A stretch of DNA of 64,000 nucleotides. It comes from Phoronis australis. Its lineage: Eukaryota; Animalia; Phoronida. A program made the translations under genes and the position numbers. Shown here one piece after another: positions 38,821-52,300 of the stretch. How positions within the stretch are numbered: the stretch's first letter is position 1; every line of letters begins with the position of its first letter. The stretch covers positions 98,837 through 162,836 of the forward strand of contig NMRA01000495.1 of the NCBI GenBank assembly GCA_002633005.1, in the 5' to 3' direction. The notes beneath the pieces were generated by a model. The model ran no database searches, was not told where the DNA came from, and saw nothing but the letters and a program-made list of their open reading frames with translations.

Positions 38821-39870
38821 GGAGGCAGGATATGATCCGTCATTGAATGTCCGCATCCGCCCATCAGGGGCAATTATCGAGAAACATTCGTAGTTTTCGT
38901 ACAAAGACGCGAGAATCTCACAATTATTTCGTAATTCAACACCGTCTCTACTCAGATCCGGTTAGATTGATTATCTCCACATGTATGCCTAAGCCAAATC
39001 GCACGTATTTTCAAACCCTGTAGAACTCTAGGGATACAGCTCTGTTCTTTAACGGACAAAACATGGTATCTTTGTAATATCGGGCATCACAGCAATGCCT
39101 ATCGACCGTTTCTGCTTTTTTAGCTTGCCCTGCTTCTCTTTCTTGTAAATTGCCGAACTATTTTATTTAGCGGAATCACAATATAATATATGTCGTCAAT
39201 TTCGACGTCTAATATTTATCTCATTGAATGTGGGTCCGTGTTCTCAAGGATACGGGCTCGTGGACGAAACGGTCTCGCCACCTGGTGATTACGTCTGTCC
39301 TTAATCTCCTCAATGCGGTGAATATATAAGTGCTCGACTGCAGTGATAGCTCGCACAGCACACTCACACTAGTTGTCACGCCAAACAATATTGATATGCA
39401 GGACACCTGCGTCTTGCCGGTAATGCGAAATTAGATGGCTTTTTCGAGTTTTCGCCAACACCAGTACTAAAGCCCCCTTATCCCCCAATGTGACGAAAAC
39501 ACGCCACAACCAGACCCACAGTGAACGAAAACCCGTCATTCCAATCGTTACGAGACAACAAAAACATCATGATCAGTCAGGCGGCTAGAAGAGGGAGTTA
39601 CTGTTGTCCAGGACATGCCTGACTTGGTGAAAGAAGGCGAGCAATAGTTACGCAACACTACCGTACTATAAACCTTTGACTGGAGAAGACAAGCGTGACC
39701 TATTTACAACAACGGTAGTTTTACGTCTGGATTCCTGACGATCCGAAACCTGGATACTCTACCTAAGATTTTCAAGGAGACAACCGTGGGAGGCCTATTA
39801 TGTCTGGTACCGGAAACAAGGAGCCCAAAATTTGCACGCACAACTCGATCAGTTACGCGAGTGCACAAAC

Positions 39871-40082
39871 CATGCGCGCACCCAAAAATATAGGGGTGCT
39901 CGAATTTTTCATGTGAACCTTTTACTATAAAAAGGGGGACTAAAAACAAAAACTGTCTACTACGTTCAGACCTATGAATTGTGCATTCGCGCCGAATTCC
40001 TGTGGACTTTTGTCGCGTTTTCTCGGACTTTTTGTTTCTCTGAGGGCGGGGGAGGGGAGCCCCCCCCTTGGGTGCACGCATG
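39871..40082. mobile_element. MITE family A copy, TSD CAAAC
   Basis: caaac|catgcgcgcaccc...gggtgcacgcatg|caaac. Confidence 0.85.
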
Positions 40083-40976
40083 CAAACCTGCATTTGCGAG
40101 CGTGTAATCCAAAAATAAAAGAAGACAATTGCGAGTTTACCAACCAACGGATTTAACTGTTTAGACCGTTTTTCGAGCGCACTGTAACTTAATTGTACAA
40201 ATTTATTTTCGACTATTATTCCTGTGACAAAGTCAACTTTTTAAAAGCAAGTCTCCATCAATCACCATAATCGCCTAACGGGTACCAATATTTACAGGAA
40301 ACCTGATATCGACAGCAACTTCCATTTTCATAACTTCCGCACCCATTTCGCACTAAAAGGTATCATCCATAGCCAATACCTGAGAAGTAACCGCATCTGT
40401 TCGAACCGGAAAGATAGAGACGGACCTCTAGACAACCCTTTACCTATCAAATTCATCAGGGAATACCCTAATAACCTGATTGATGAATAAACCATCAAAG
40501 CTAATAATAGTCACCACAACAAATCCACAAATACGATACGCATGCGCATGGGCTGACGGTCAATTATCATTCACAACTTTTGCGACTTTCGCGGTAGCCA
40601 AGCGTCTCCATTCCAAACTTGCCATTGTTTTCCTTGCACCTCTTATCTTGACATTTAGGTAGGCCTAGTAGATTAGCTACAGAAAAGTCGCCACCAATGA
40701 TACACCCCGGGCTAGCGGTACCTTCCCAATTTAAGTCAGTAACAAACGAGGATGCCTCACTTGTCAGCGCATTCAAAATGAGGTCGAAATGATTGAATAT
40801 CCTAGCGGAAAAAGTCACAGTCGGGAAAACTTACGTATCAGTCATCTGATTCGTCGGTCTGAGTCAATGGACACGGTAAAACAATCCGCGATGGTTCCTC
40901 GCTTCCACTCAGGCGGAACATTTTACGTCACATGACGGTATAGTAGTGATAACAAGTCATGCTCTGTGTACTAATA

Positions 40977-41043
40977 CATGGGCGGCGCACCATAGGGGGT
41001 TGGGGCTATAGCCCCCACTTCTTTCCGTACTGCGCCACCCATG
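40977..41043. mobile_element. MITE family B monomer (67 bp), TSD TAATA
   Basis: taata|catgggcggcgca...tgcgccacccatg|taata. Confidence 0.8.
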
Positions 41044-44000
41044 TAATAGGCAATCTTGATAACACCCACACCAGGAGATTTAAAGAAACCTCAATGATAC
41101 TGTTTCTCATCACCCACGAGAACGACACTTTTGATGGGCCCGGCACTACCTCTAACTTATTTGTTCCCTGACGTCCTCCCTTTTGTAGTTTTGCTGGTTT
41201 TGGTATAAGAAAGCCTTTCGCGCTACTAGCCTTCATACCTGATAATAAAGGCCGCTTTTATTAGTCTCGAAACCTAATGTCTTTAATAATTTGTTAAAGA
41301 ATTTTACCGAAATTCAAAATGTTTTACCCGCTTCTGCGTTGTCTCATTTTACCTGGTCTCAACATATATGTCATTTTTGTGTTCACCGGTCTTCATATGA
41401 GTGCATCGACATTCGTGCACCTATATCCGACATAATGTTTTTTATCGCTTACTAGTTCTCACAAAGGTTGATGCGCCTTAATAGAAAGCGCCATTAATCC
41501 CACGCTTTCTGACAATAATCAAGTTTCGATTTAGGACCCTTCAAACCGTCATAAGAATGGTCTCACATTGTTCCTTACTCAGATGACTGAGGAACGATTT
41601 CTGTGCCTATGAAGGAAGACATACCAGATCTTCATAAGCGTATAAATGCAGTGGCCTGAAATTATATAAGCTTGGTCTGAAGAAATAATAACCCGGTGTT
41701 GGTTGTTCCCCGATAATTCCAATTTTCGGGTAAGTGACATGAATTAAAACTTTGTGTCTTAACAGGAAGCTTGAGTTCCCCTTCAACTCACATGCGCAAA
41801 TTCTTATCATGCGTGCGCATGTCTTTTGAATTTAAACACTGGATGGTTTTGACAGTCCTTTGCCCGTTCCAAATTCAAAACACGCCAGTTTACCGTTTTG
41901 TAACAAACACGTTTCAGCCAGATCCCATTTCAAATCAAAACTGAGTGATGTATTTCGGCTTCGTGGACGAAACTATTTGGGTTAGTTTCGCTAATTAGCA
42001 TCGTCTTCATAGGATACATTCACTAGACTCGTAAATATAGTTCAAAGTTTGCCGGTCACTTTAGTCAAATGCTTGTTTGACTGGCGCGCATACGACGGCA
42101 ACTTTTCACCTTTACTGAAAGCGCAGCACAAGGTACATGTACAGCTGCGCCCCTTGAAGTTAAACAACACATTCGTTGCAAATCAAATAAACGTCCTCAT
42201 GTGTTAAAGAAAAGACACAAAACAAATTCTTCAACATGTTATTGTGAAGTGCATTTGAGACGCATGAATATTGGGACTATAGAAGTTTGAGCAGCGAGTT
42301 TTTGGCACGCGCGAATTTAGCATAGGCACACTCCACACCTCGTGCGAGCCGGTGGGCTCTCTCATGAGAACGAATCATAGTTGGTAGTTTGGGGACGGGC
42401 GGCCAATTCAGGTGGATATTTGTCTCTGCAGATGCCATCTTCAGTTGATATTTAGCTTTGTGGTATCATCAGATCTTGTTAATACCAGCTGTCCCTCATT
42501 CTATGCTCGAGGACGTTGTGGTTTACGCACGGCAAATGAGTTTCCAGTCCACGTTCGCACCAGGTGACCTCTATGTTCGAGCTACAAACTCGTGTAAAAT
42601 CTCGAAATTTCGCGCTCAGGCTCAGCTTCGGGGTGATTCACGTGAACCATGAGATACTCAAACACAGAATTACAGACACGTTAGTTTTTAAGCACAAAAA
42701 TTAGATCCAAGGCCCAGGTGTTGGTACTTTGGGCAGGTAAACGAAAAAATGATGACCATGGGAACGGCAAAATTCTTGTCTCGGTTAGAGGTTTTCACTG
42801 TTTTGTCTATTCGTGTAGCCTAGACCTACAGATGTCGTACTTTGAATGTCGTGTCTTCCTGCTCTTCGCAATGAGAATTAAAAATCCGAATCCTATTTTG
42901 AAACAAAATATTTTGGTGGTCTGTCAAAAATGCAGTACTGGAATTAAAACGCCAAAAGGTAAATATACCAGTCCTACATACCATAGCTACGTCAAGGGAA
43001 AACTGTGTATTGCCCAACGTTTGCACTGCTACCAATTTCCTTTTTCTCTTTAGTTTAACTTTAATTTCCTGATTCGTGTTCGTTCGTTGTTTTCGAAATC
43101 TGCACGTCCGCTCAGCCAGCAGCTCGCTGGCGTCAGTGTGTCGCGCGAGCCTTGGTCGCCGCATTCGACGCCGTTTTCTTTGTTTCGCCCCAACGTTCGA
43201 TTGAAAGCGGGGCATTATCTTCTTGCAAGACGATTACTACCCGCAGCTTCCACGTAGTGGTGAATCATAGGATTTCCGACAAATGTTTGAACTTTGAGCG
43301 CATGACACGTGCGCTGGCGTTCATTTGCTGGGATAAGAAGCCAAACACGATGTTAAAGTATGAAGAGGCTAGGAAATAAAACACCGCACGGGAAAACGCT
43401 CACTTCAACTGATAACAAAATAAACATGACGAATACGTCAAAAGGATACTAAACCGTTTTGATGATTTCAACCAACCCTCGTTCTGTCACCTGACAATGC
43501 ATCATTGACATCAATTTTATAAGATAAAGGCAAGAATCAACTAAAAACTCACACTTCCTATCTCACAAATTGGACATTTCGGTCCTTGGTGGACGTTTTT
43601 TCCCCGCAATTGCCGTATAATTCGCTAAAAGCGTACGTCATGCTTGCCTATTTTGCAGCTTTTTGAAGGAGTTTTAAGATTTTCCTCCCAGGGTTGTCGA
43701 GGTTACATTGCATTATTTTGTTTCATGGAACTGGATGGGAAAGTTGTTTTTAATATCTGTTCATAGGCCAAAATTGGGTTTGGTATCCCCTTAAACGTTG
43801 GTATACCAGAAAAGAGTTTACAAAATATTTTATAAAAGATGAAAAAAATAACACCAATCTGCCGATGTATAAAAAGCTATATTAGTAAAGCTTAAAATAG
43901 TTGTGATATTCTACATCTCCAATATTTTAAAAGTGAAAAAGTCAATCAAAATTATAGGATACACAAAAACACATATAATAAACATGGTCTAAAAAGACAA

Positions 44001-44242
44001 AAGTCTATTGGTTAATGGCCGGATTTCAGATATCATAGGTTCATCTCAAAAACACTTTACCAAAATAAAATGCAAGATCTGGAATACAGCATATAAGAAC
44101 GAAAATACTGGAAACAGACCAACCAGGAATCTAACATCAGTCGCCAATGGTTCAACACAAGCACTTCCCAAAGCACATACAATATCTGAATTACAAATAT
44201 GATATTAAACAATGGTCACCTTTTTGAAAGGTCCAAATCTAT

Positions 44243-44644
44243 AGTGCCGGTCACACACAAACTTACCCTGGAACAAGTCACTCCTGGGACAAGTAGTCAC
44301 TAACTTTGGAGGATGTGAGGATGCTATTTAAACTAGTGCAACTTACCCCATTTGTGACAACTTACCTCCCCTTATCGAGGTGAGGTAAGTTGTTCTAGGG
44401 TAGTTTGCGCCACTTCTAATTCCTGTGTGGCCCTGAACCAGGGGCAAGGCGGAAGTAAGTATCAACTACAGTTACATACAGACGGGTTTTCTCTTTCACC
44501 CTGTACTGGTATTAGGTGTTCACATAGTGACAACTTCCGCCTTACCTTAGTTATCCCATATGTGTGTGTGAACGCTCCACCTAAAAGTGGGGAAAGTTGC
44601 ACTAGTGTAAGTTGTTCTAGGGTAGGCTGTGTGTGGACGGGACT
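44243..44644. mobile_element. decayed palindromic DNA-transposon derivative (Harbinger-like ends)
   Basis: agtgccggtcacacacaaacttaccctggaacaag inverted against ttgttctagggtaggctgtgtgtggacgggact; internal repeats of the same motifs. Confidence 0.6.
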
Positions 44645-46171
44645 TAACAACATGGAATAGTTCAAGCATCGCAGTATAACAAATACTAAACATTTCTGTA
44701 TGAACTTGACAAATACAGACATAGGAATGTGTAATGCATTTTCAAACTAGTGGAAAATGATACCATATTGCTGTAAGACTAAATCTAAAAATGTCAATAA
44801 CATACAGCATTAATATTGGAATGTGATTATCATACTTATCATACAAAAGAAATAAATTAGTCATAATGTACAACTATTTACACAATTATCATTACGTGAA
44901 ATGAACTAAGATCAATATAAACATGTACAGCAATATAACACTGCTACGTCAATTAAGTCAGAGCCTGGTGTCTAATCAGTCTGTAATCGAAACTAAACTG
45001 GAAAATTGAGGAATTGTGCGACATGTTTTGAGTAAACTGACTAATTTGTACACGAACAATGTCAGATTCTGGGCACTAATAGAGCACAAAGGTGCAGGTT
45101 TCTGTTGTAACAAATATGTAAATTCTCATGGCAGTTATGTAACTTTCCAGAATCGTGTTGTCAACAGCGAGTAAAATTCACCCACATAATTCAATGTCCT
45201 AGGAAGAACTCCCATTTACTAGAAATAAGGGCACGTGTCTAAAAACGAAGGATCACATTTCAAACAAACAAACCTTGTATTAGAGTTCAAGGTGAGCATA
45301 ACAAATCTATGCCTGGAAAAAGCTGAAGATAAACAATCTATGGAAGAAAGCAAACGCCTGCAAATTTTGATTTACATTTTTTTATGTCTACCTATGTTTG
45401 CTTTAACATGATTTATAATTTACAGCATCAATTTGGAAGTTTCTTTTCGTATAAACAACAAGTCAATTTAAAATTTAACTCCTCATAAATAATTGAATCT
45501 AATTTCTTCTGACATACTGCGTGTTACATGCTTTTGTATAAAATTCCTAAAAACATTGGCACATCCCGCTAAAACACCGTTCAGCTAGACTCTGCTCAGT
45601 TTAGCTGCCAGTTTTAAACGCATTATGAGTTCTTAACCAAGCATCCTAAACCAACAGCTGATCTGCAATGTACTAACAAGAAACGGTCACTACTATGTCA
45701 CGTGACTGACCTATTTTTGACTGGAAATCTCTACCTACCATTTTCGAATTACAGGGATGGCCAATTTTCTGATGCAATTCTTACTAGTTGCGGTTCGTAA
45801 TGTTCTTGGCAACAGAAAACAACCCATATCATGGTAAAGACAATTTTGAGATCAATTTTATAAGAGCAAAAGGCTAACTCGAACTTTGTTCTTAGCCAGC
45901 TAGATGCAGCTTTGATCTAAGCCACACAAAAGAACACCCTGCCAGTGTTTGCAACAAGGAATGGTATGTACTGAACTAGAACTCCACAGAACTGTGAGAA
46001 TAACAGTTGCAAGTGTCAGATGCTGAAAGAAACTAAATTGTTTGCAACACCTAGTAAGCCTCTTAATCTCAGTACCATTTAAATTCTTTAGCAACCAATT
46101 TTTCTTGTTAATCTAGATTGACAGCTGTCAAGTTTTTTTGACATACCAAAATTCATCAACTATACAACACC

Positions 46172-46353
46172 CTAAATTTCAGAACATGAATACACGTCAG
46201 CACCATCTATTGCATCTTGCTGAAGGCTCACTGCATTATACGCAAACTGACCATTAGCCTGTAAGACGCCGAATCTGACTTGAGCGATACAGCCATTGAA
46301 ACCTGCTAGGAAGTGACCAGCGGTCAAAGAAGACACATCACCTGACACACCAC
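46172..46353 (-). CDS. EYS-like terminal coding exon
   Basis: GGVSG...GFNGCIAQV...DAIDGADVYSCSEI*. Confidence 0.9.
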
Positions 46354-49300
46354 CTGGAACAGTAATGCTGCTTTGAATTCTCAAAGAAAATAGTACAAGA
46401 CAGTTGCTCCTGAGAACTTAAAACATACGTTTGAACTACTGAATAATTTGCTCAAACTATTGAATCGTACATAGGAAAAATAGCATCAAACAAACGAACA
46501 AAATCATGCGCATGAAGTTACTGCAAAACCAACTAAAATCTTTCATGCGATTTGTACAAATACATTCTATTTTTGTTTGAACCATTTGATTTGCCATCCA
46601 TTGACATGATTTTTTCTTTGTATGGTAAAATCTCAACAGTTTAGGAGACAGTGTAGCAGTATATTGAAATTCTATTTAATTCCTGAATTTTCCAATAAAA
46701 ATATGTAGCACCAAAATGATGCTGTCATGTTCAAGTTTTGTACCAAAGTTGCCATAAGACAATGTTTCGGAAAAATTGGCAGTCAGTACAAAGTTAGAAG
46801 ACCTTGAAAAATGAAAAAAAAAATTAGCAACTCTTTTTGTCCAAAATTGGTGACATGTTACCATGAACTTATGACGTTGTGGTTTGTTCAATGGTTCAAG
46901 CTGATGTACGACTGAGTGAACGTACAACATACAAGCAACATTAGTGTAGGGTGCCGATGAGATTAATTCAAAAGTATTTCAATTATAAAAACAAGAGCAA
47001 TGCAAGGCATTGAAATGCACCCACGACTACATTGAGCATTGCACTTTTCTACCGAAAATAACAAAAAAAGGTGCTAGATAGTGCAGATTCCAAAGAATTT
47101 GTTCGAAATTAGGAAGGTGCTGTCCTCATCTCAATAGAAACATTTTTCCAAATTTTGTAAAATTTCAGCAAGGAAGTGAACAAAAATAGAACAACTAAAG
47201 TTGCCACTAGGTGGTGCACCAGTAATCAGATTAATCTGAAAATCTCCACTATCTATGCCATTTGTTGTCAGCTTCATGAGAGCACACCTGCCAAATTTTA
47301 TGAAGATCCTACGAGCAGTTTAGGAGATACACCGGACAGAGATGACGGCAATATGCACATACATAATTATGTATATCTGAGAGCATAGTAATAACAACAA
47401 TAACAATGAAAACAAGAGCCACAACAACAACAACAATCAAATTTGACACAGTGAAACTACCAGTGAAGTACCATACCTATAAACACTTTGCTTTCCGTAG
47501 TGTCAAGCTGCTTGCTATCTCCCTCTATTGGCCACGTGGAAAGTGTGGTCACCCCGGACATACTCAGTAGACTCAACAGCAGAGAACTCTCCAACCTTGA
47601 ACAGAAAGGCAAGCCACATGCAATTTCAACTAAACAGTCAACAGTGGCAAGGCCTCAAGACCAGTATGCATTTAAATAGACCGTTTAGCAGGTAAGAAAG
47701 TGATATTTTGTCCCATTTTGCTTGACGCCATGGTGATAACCAGTTGATGCACAGCATGAATTCAGCTAAGGTTAGTAAGACCTCATACTGGCTTTCAACA
47801 TGCATGGCTACAGAGGTTACCGGAGGTTATGCAACAAGATGGTGACTTTGTCCAACTTCCTCTGCTCAGTTGGGAAACCTACAAGTGTTAACGGTATTAA
47901 AGCAATTCTCCACTTAATTAACACACTATATGGTTTCTTTGCAAAAATAAAACGTAAAAAAAAATTTTAGTCTAGTGCTTGCACGGTTTGTACTAGTATG
48001 TAGATGTCTTAAAACAGCATGTGAAGAGGTTTCAGTTATTTCCGGCAAAGTAACCAGCCTTTGAAAAATGATTCTTTTGGGAATTATTTTTGTGCGAAAC
48101 AATAAAGAATTACCAACTGTAAGTCTCTACTTTTAATTTTTGTATTAATCAACACCTGTATCATTGCATCGATGGTATTTTTTTGCAAATTTAGTCTTCT
48201 GTACCAACTCTCTTTGAAATTCCATTGAATGTTCAAATGAGTACATTCCAAAATATAAAGTTTATTTTTCATTCATATCAAGTACATCACATGGTTCAAA
48301 GAAAATGCCCGTCACCTGGCACGATTAGCAATGCTTGGCAAAGTTGGACATAGCAACATTGGTGATGGTGATGATGACGACAACTGTGACAATTGCAACC
48401 AGTCATGACTTAGACATTTGTTACGATGAAGATGACGGAGAGGAGGGTGGTCAAGACAACAAAAGAGGATAAAGATGATGGGTTTCGACAGTGACGGTGA
48501 CTAGGATAGTGGTAATTCTGGTGACTATGACGGGGACAGAAAGTGCTCAAAGGAAACAATTCACTAAGCAAATAACGCTTCAGAAGACTAGTTGGCTGCA
48601 AGTCTGCAACTCAATGTTAAAAAGGTGGAAATTATATAAACCCATGAAAGTATAATTCTTCAAATATTTTCAAAGACAGGGAAACCATTAATGCCTTCGT
48701 CAAAGCCTGCCAGCGAAGACAGCATTTTGTCTCAAGAGGGGGGGGGGTCCCAGCCAAACCACTCCAAACGCAGATTTCCTATAATGAAGAAAAAGGAATA
48801 CAAGAGCATTGAGCAATCACCATACCTCTCACATTTCAGTAGGAAGTACTGATCACTAGTGACATCTGTTGACTGGAGGGTGAAGTTCAGGGGTTGGCTG
48901 CCAAGCTTAATGCTGCAATGAAACCATATGGTGGAGGTCAAACCAGAGAAAACCAGCAAGATTACAAAGTAAAAAAAAACACGTAACCAAAGAAAATAAG
49001 TAAAATATCACCTGAAATAAAGACCACCAAATTTCTTGTGCGGTACCAAAAAGCTCCAGTATGCGTAACTTTTAATAACCTGAGATGATGTCATTAAGAC
49101 AAAATGAACACCAAGGTAACCTTTTGTAAATAATTGTGAATTTTCTTGCCTCTTCCTGAGTACTTTACTTCAATAGATAACTGAATTTTGAACGAGGGCT
49201 TATAACAGTTATGTTGCAGATATTGATGATATACTATGTGCACCTGTAGTTCACCATTGAGTCTGGAGAGTAGCGCACCCTGGTGTTAAATACTTGTTAC

Positions 49301-52300
49301 AATAGAAAATTTGATTTTATAAATGCCTCTAACAAATGAAATTCCACCAACCTGGCATAAACTTGCCCATTTTTGACACCAAGTGTAAAGTAGTCTTCTG
49401 TTAACTGAAATGAGAAAAACACCAAAACTTGTGAAACTTTCATGCTCAGTTAGCTGACAAGTAAGTAGACAATAGAACCAACCCTAGCTATACACTCTTA
49501 AAAAAAAAAAACGACAAGTCAAAAATTAAATTTGGCAACACTTTAAAAAGGGAATTATGATTTAGCTTGTTAAACCACATTCCCGTAATTATAGTTAATA
49601 CAGAAATCTCAGCTGCTGCACACATCTAACGATAGAAAAAAGTGAACAGGCACGTGTGTGTAATATCAGATAATACCAGAGTGATCGTCAGTAAGCTGCC
49701 AGACAGGATTCGAATGGTTGCTAAGCCTTCAGAACTTGTGGATAGACAGGAAAACAACTCGCAAGAAAACAGTACTATCAGATGTCGCGAAGCTGTGCAT
49801 CTTTAAATCCATACATATGGTTGAACTAGCGGTTACTGGCAAAAATCACATGGCGATAAGCACAAGAACCATAAGTTTACCTTGCCAAACCATAGCAACA
49901 GACCAGTCTTCAAAGACGTCTTGAATGTCACTTCCACAGCCAGAGACGTGCGTGACCTAAAACAAGATAACTCATGTTATCCACTCATGTTATCTTCTCA
50001 TGTTATCTGCTCAAGTTATCCACTGATATTAGGGCCCATTCTTGCGGGTCTTGTTTGCGGATTTTTTTTTGAAATCTCGATTGAAAGCTTGTCACACGAA
50101 TGCAACAATTGCAGAATTATTAGGTTTGCTCACTGGAACAAAAAATTGCGGAAAAATACGCAAAAAAAACTTGTATGAACTGGTCATACAACCATTCAAT
50201 AATTCTATCAGTCTTTGACTTCAACAAACGGTAAATTAAGATCATAGAAGATAACGAAAATGTCATTAATTGTTAGCATAAAAATATAGAATAGCAAACA
50301 AGTGAAAGTGTCTTAAACAAGGCAGCAAAAGCTAACATTCAAGAAGGTGAAATGCATGAGTTAACATATCATATATGAGGATATTTATGCCGATGCATAG
50401 ATATTTGAAATGATGCAGGCTGCTATACACACCCATCTTACACTGGGGGTTATCATGTAATTTTGTCCTTTCATAATACTATTCATTTTTTTACTACAAA
50501 AATAGTTAAAGTTAGACTGAATACATATTTTGTAATGAGTAACTTGTTAAGTTCTGCTCCNATCTTTACCTGTAGGTGTGTGGGTCTAAATATGCAGATA
50601 TACCATACTTCTTAAAAAGCTGGCTAGATTTTGCAGTACTAAGCACAGGTGTAGCACAGTCGAAAGTAATTAATTAGCAATTCCGAAGAAGACTTTACCT
50701 TAAAAACACACCACCATTGAACGCCAGAAAACTTCTGGGTGTATAAAACTTGGCAAGATTGAACTTCGGAGCTAGAAGAGGGAAAATCCGAATGTTAAGT
50801 GAAGATGAGTTAGACAACGACAGATAAAAATAAAAACACGAACTAATTAACACATACACGATAAAATCTTAATACTTAGATGTCAACCAACTAGTTACAG
50901 CTATGTGGTTCTCCCGCTACAGTTATCAAAGGGCCAAAAGAGGGAGCAACTATCCTTCAGACTGTTTTATATTTCACCACAAGGTGGGGCAGCTATTGGT
51001 TCAGATTATTACACAATCTGTACATAAAGTAGGGACTGATAAACTCTGATGGGCTACTGCCAAGCCTTTCATGTCAGTCAATGCTGTTGACATGAAATAG
51101 CGCTTTCTGACTGCTCAGTATTTGAGAAATTAAATACATCGGTTTGTGTTAATGCAGGCATATCCACACAGAACACATTAGCACTTTCAACATGCATTTG
51201 CCATTGTTTATGCAAGTGGTGTGGAATATCGGAAAAGCAATGAGGATTGAGAACTTAAATATGGAACACCAGCATATCGAATGTAACGCGACATAATTCA
51301 TTAGAGGAAGTAACGTCGAGAGATTTTATACAAAGGGTACATCCAATGCATTTATCTTACGTTTTAAAACTTACGTCTATTTTATGAAGGAATGTGATTC
51401 TTAATAACAAAGTCTCAGCCCTTATTTCTAAGTGCTTTATAATGATAATAACAATAATTCTAAGCCATTTGTATGTCAGTTCAAACAGCCCATATTTTGA
51501 GACAGTATACATTTAAATTAGCGGTTCAAGCTTCTTAGTTAAAAACCCGAACCACTCAACAGAGGGAGTTTGATTTAATTGATAGGGAGTTGAGTCATGA
51601 TCTCAGTTGAATAGCATTCTTAGTGTGCTGACATGTGGCCCAAGACTTTCGAAAAAAGCAGCGAACAATTCAAACATAACATTCTTTAATGTAAAAACAA
51701 GTCATTTTGCATTTACTTGGAGTCCCCAAAATATAATATCCTGTCATTTAAAAATCCCGAACATTGAATAGCAAATCTGTGTTTTTCATTTCCATCACTT
51801 TTTGTACCAAACATTCAATAATCTCCCTCATCCAATCATTGATCATTCAAAATGAAAGATTTCTAAGCTCAAATAACACCATTCTAGCTTTAAGCGTTTC
51901 TTTTTAACTCCTAGCAAAAGACTTCACCGTTTAGATTAGAACTCAACAAAATACTCAATTTTTGCAATATAGAACTCTCCAGAAAGTGCTTATGAAGAGG
52001 TTTATTTATTACCAGTTTGATAAATACACAGTCTTCGTAGGCTTCAAGACCCCTACACTAAAAGCAACATGTTACTGGGGACAATCTATGAAAGGATGGC
52101 TTTTTCATAAAAGCTCCCTGTGCACGGGACATTTTTGATAGTGCTTAATCTCTGAAAGAATAGGATTTCAACTTGCCAAGGTTCCACAAGAGTGAGTGAA
52201 AAATGAGGGTCATAGGAGCTTTAAAGGGATGTTGCCAAGGTTACACACTAACAATCATGAATTGAAAGTTCACCAAATTTAAAAACAAAGCTATTTAGAC

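Noticed and set aside
39704-40156. ORFs resembling those at 13405 and 29352 (apparent small gene family)
   Set aside because: The similarity comes from MITE family A, not from coding genes.
42826-43215. 129-aa Arg-rich minus-strand ORF
   Set aside because: No recognisable domain or splice context; CpG-rich sequence readily yields Arg-rich ORFs.
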